From Psammoneis japonica (Eukaryota): a stretch of 64,000 nucleotides of DNA. The stretch lies in the NCBI GenBank assembly GCA_008632985.1, contig QPGO01000111.1, positions 186,001 to 250,000 of the forward strand, in the 5' to 3' direction. Below the pieces are notes generated by a model that was not told the DNA's origin, did not search any database, and was given only the letters and a program-made list of their open reading frames with translations. Each line of letters starts with the position of its first letter. The stretch's first letter is position 1. A program made the translations under genes and the position numbers. Positions 60,875 to 64,000 of this stretch are shown here, one piece after another.

Positions 60875-61553
60875 CTGCGGTGATTGGGCCACACCGATCG
60901 CAGTTCTCAGTTCTCACAGTGACCTGGCAACGCAGGTTGTGAGACAACGCACAAGCTCAGCTGCGGTGACTGGACGACACCAGTCGCAGCTCTCACAGAG
61001 ACCTGATCGCACAGGTTGTGAGAACATGACACAACGCTGCGGTGATCGGATGGCACCGACGCAGTTCGTCAAGCAACTAATTCACTTGGCTGCGGTGACT
61101 GGATGACACCAGTTGCAGCTCTCACAGCGACCTGATTGCACAGGTTGTGAGCAAACAACACAGCGCTGCACCTCGTAATGTAGGTTGTGAGACAACGCAC
61201 AAGCTCAGCTGCGGTGACTGGACGACACCAGTCGCAGCTCTCACAGAGACCTGATCGCACAGGTTGTGAGAACACGACACAACACTGCGGTGATCGGGTG
61301 GCACCGACGCAGTTCGTCAAGCAACTGATTGACTCGGCTGCGGTGACTGGACAGCACCAGTCGCAGCACTCACAGCAACCTGATTGCACAGGTTGTGAGA
61401 AGACGACACAGCGCCACGGTGAACGGGTGGCACCGACGCGGTTCGTTGATCAACTGGACAGAACCACTGCGGTGACTGGACGACACCAGTCGCAGTGCTG
61501 CAGGTGGCGAGAAAACACACATCGCTGTGGTGATTGGACAGCACCGATCGCAG
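60875..61553. repeat. Tandem array (~129-nt period) of about 15 bulged hairpins
   Basis: CTGCGGTGACTGGACGACACCAGTCGCAG-type units at 60961, 61090, 61209, 61338 and 61467, alternating with CTCACAG.GACCTGAT.GCACAGGTTGTGAG and CTGCGGTGATCGG.TGGCACCGACGCAG. Confidence 0.9.
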
Positions 61554-61640
61554 CTTCACGGTGATTGCACTGAAAAAACAACCATTTTTGCTGAGCAACT
61601 TCTTGAAATTTGTTGAGTTGAAGTGTCAGCTTCAATTAAA

Positions 61641-64000
61641 ATGGACGAGGCCAACTCCCGTGTTTGTGGTGCAATCAATGGAAAGTTTGAGATGCTTTGT
61701 CTACATGGAGATGGAGAATTTAGACCACACGCATGTTTGGTCTGTGACGTTCTGCTGAAACCTGGAGAAGTTTGCTGCTTGCCGCTCGAAACATTGGAAT
61801 CAGCAAGAAACTTGCTCACCCCTTCAGACTGGAACACCGTGTCTGATCATCTCAAGTCCTGCTGCACTGTAGAGCATGAAGATGCTGATTGGATCAAAGA
61901 CCTGCTGCTTTCTCCTCGCGCCCAACACGCTGTGCAGGAAGACAGACGACGCGTTGACGGATTCACTTGCTGCAGCGAATGCCGAAGAAGCCTGGGAAGA
62001 GCCGTCATGCCAATGCACGCGACAGCGAACAACTGCTGTTTCGGCACCCCGCCGCACGAACTGTTGTCTCTAACTGAAGCAGAGTTGGCAATGCTCACAC
62101 CAGTGAAAACATGCGGGTGCTGCTTCAGTCACCTTGGCGGCAAACAGAAGAAGCTTCAGGGAAGTCTGACATGCTACAAAGTCAAGATGCAAAGCATCGT
62201 AAGAACTGTTGTGCACTTCGACGTGCTGAATTTACATCAGGGTGTGATTGCACTGATGACTGGAAAGATGACTCCGGAGCAAAGACAACTTGCACGTTCA
62301 AAGAACAGGATTGGGACGCACTGCATGCTGAGGGTGATGGAATGGCTGTTGCACCACAACCAAGAGTGGGTGCACCAACAGACAAATCTAGACGAAGTCA
62401 GGCGCAATCTGCGGAATCCCGCACTTGTCGACAGCACCGGCGAAGAAGAAGGAGAAAATGCGAATGTTGAGACCTCAGAGTCATTTCACATTTGCTTTCC
62501 TGATGGAACCATGTCTCCTGCGACCGGTGGTCAGCGCAACCTGGACTGCTTCAAAGATCTTGCACACGAAGCTGCTGCCAACGGATTTGATTTAGAGGTG
62601 CAAGCACAGTTGTCCAAAGAATCTGCGAGTGATTTCAAAGGCAACAACTTCATTGACGCGTGTCTGCTGCAGTTTCCTTTTGGCAGAGGAGGAATCAATG
62701 AGACGAGAGTGAAGAAAGACGGAAGTCTTGCAGACAGCACCAACCTTGCACACTGTGCCGACCACCCAGCACGGATTTCCCAGCCTCACTTCCACGAGCA
62801 GCTCTTCGTGTTAATGTGCCACAACTTGACAATGAAGCAAAGGATGCTGCAGAGCGCAGGGTGGAAAGTCAGGGACAAGAATCAGGCTGCACAGTTTGCA
62901 AACGAACCAACAGTGGACGATGTGGACAGAGCTGTTTGTGATCGCAACTTGGGCGAGAGAAGAGATTGTGGACTCGGGCACCACTTTTTGCGTGCACTCG
63001 ACGTTGCATCTGCGTCTCTGCCACACAGTGATGAAGCAGCAAAGAAAATGAGGAGAAACGCTGAAACTTGTCAGCATCATTTTGGTCAGGGTGGCATTTT
63101 CTTAACTGTCAGTCCGGACGATGCAAATTCGTTTCTTGTGCAACTGCACTCGGGTGTCATCCTGGACCCAAACGAAGACGTGACACAACTGACGGACGAA
63201 ATTCTTGCTGGCAGGGCTGGGCAACGTAACGAACTGCGTCTAAAGTTTCCCGGTCTAACAGCCTTTGCATTCGAGTGCTTGTTTGACATTGCAGTGGAAG
63301 AGGCAGTGGGTTGGGATCTGAGTGCCAACCAACCAAGAGAAAACTTTAACTTCTACATTGGCAGGCCAGCCGCATTTTTAGCCGCAGTTGAGGAGCAGGG
63401 ACGTCCAACAGTGCATGGACACATGCAGATCTGGCTCACATCGATCAACAATGCAAGAGAGAAGCTGCATTCGCCAACAAGACAGATCCGACGCGAAGGT
63501 GCTGAGTGCCTCACCAACATGGTTCAGAAGATCTGCAGCACGGAATTGATCTGTGGCGAGGACTTCAGCACTAACGCGTTGCGTGAAGCATTCGATCATG
63601 ACTGCACAGTGCCAAAAATGTGTCGCACCTCTCCAAAAGCAGCAGACGACCAACAGCTAAGAAACCTGAGGCACAAAGACGGCCAGCAGTCGAAGAACGG
63701 AATGTTTGCTTGTTGTCGTCACTGCACCAAGTGCTGGACAAACGTCGAGTTTGTAGAAAGCTTTTTACAGTCACGGCACCGTGCACCTGGCCTGACTCGC
63801 CATCCAGACAACCATGCAAAGCGACTAAAAGCAATGTGTGTGCAACACCAGCAAAGTGGTCCGCAAGGGACAATGGAGGCCCATGTGCCGGATGCAGCTT
63901 ACAACCATCACATGCACGTTACGAAGTCGTGTTTTCCCAAATGCGCAGAGTTGCGTAAAATGTGTAAAAAAACCCCACACGAGGAACTGGACGTGCTGTC
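61641..64000 (+). mobile_element. Helitron/Helentron-type Rep(-helicase) ORF, N-terminal/HUH part; runs off the window end
   Basis: Stop-free frame (absent from the ORF track because it has no stop): ACLVCD, CCSECRRSL..MPMHATANN..GTPPHELLSLTEAELAML (DUF6570-like), LQFPFGRGG, SLPHSD..KKMRR, FGQGGIFLTVSPDD (Rep motif 1), AVEEQGRPTVHGHMQIW (HUH motif 2), NHHMHVTKSC. Confidence 0.88.

Noticed and set aside
60875..61553. CRISPR array
   Set aside because: The intervening sequences are themselves repeated, there are no unique spacers or cas genes, and the context is eukaryotic.
44260..64000. Alternative genetic code (Tyr read from TGY/CAY)
   Set aside because: Adjacent housekeeping genes use the standard code, and TA loss also affects synonymous, codon-spanning and non-coding positions.

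Overview
This is eukaryotic nuclear DNA, most likely from a diatom: short GT-AG introns, signal peptide + 'AF' bipartite plastid-targeting N-termini, and Copia/LINE relics resembling diatom elements. Gene-dense islands with normal composition carry a CCT-domain gene, IMP3, tRNA-Sec, RPL7a, a PPR protein, a carbamoyltransferase, a sulfotransferase-like gene, PNPase, a ThrE-family transporter and Lys-rich secreted proteins. They alternate with repeat zones (about 1-3250, 14800-17450, 44260-64000) in which TpA is very rare and homologous Tyr codons read as Cys/His. A tandem gene triplet (17.7-23.1 kb) shows the polarity directly (TpA->TpG/CpA, including TAG->TGG), which suggests an 'inverse-RIP' hypermutation acting on repeats. 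The right end holds a Helitron/Helentron-type Rep ORF preceded by an array of bulged hairpins. Upstream of that lies a compact cassette of putative chromatin/DNA modifiers: a SET domain, a TET/JBP-like 2OG-Fe(II) dioxygenase and a DOT1-like methyltransferase. Two related ~390-bp MITEs with 4-bp TSDs are also present. Many conserved genes carry 1-nt deletions in short homopolymers, probably assembly errors. All family calls come from motif recognition by eye; no database search was run.
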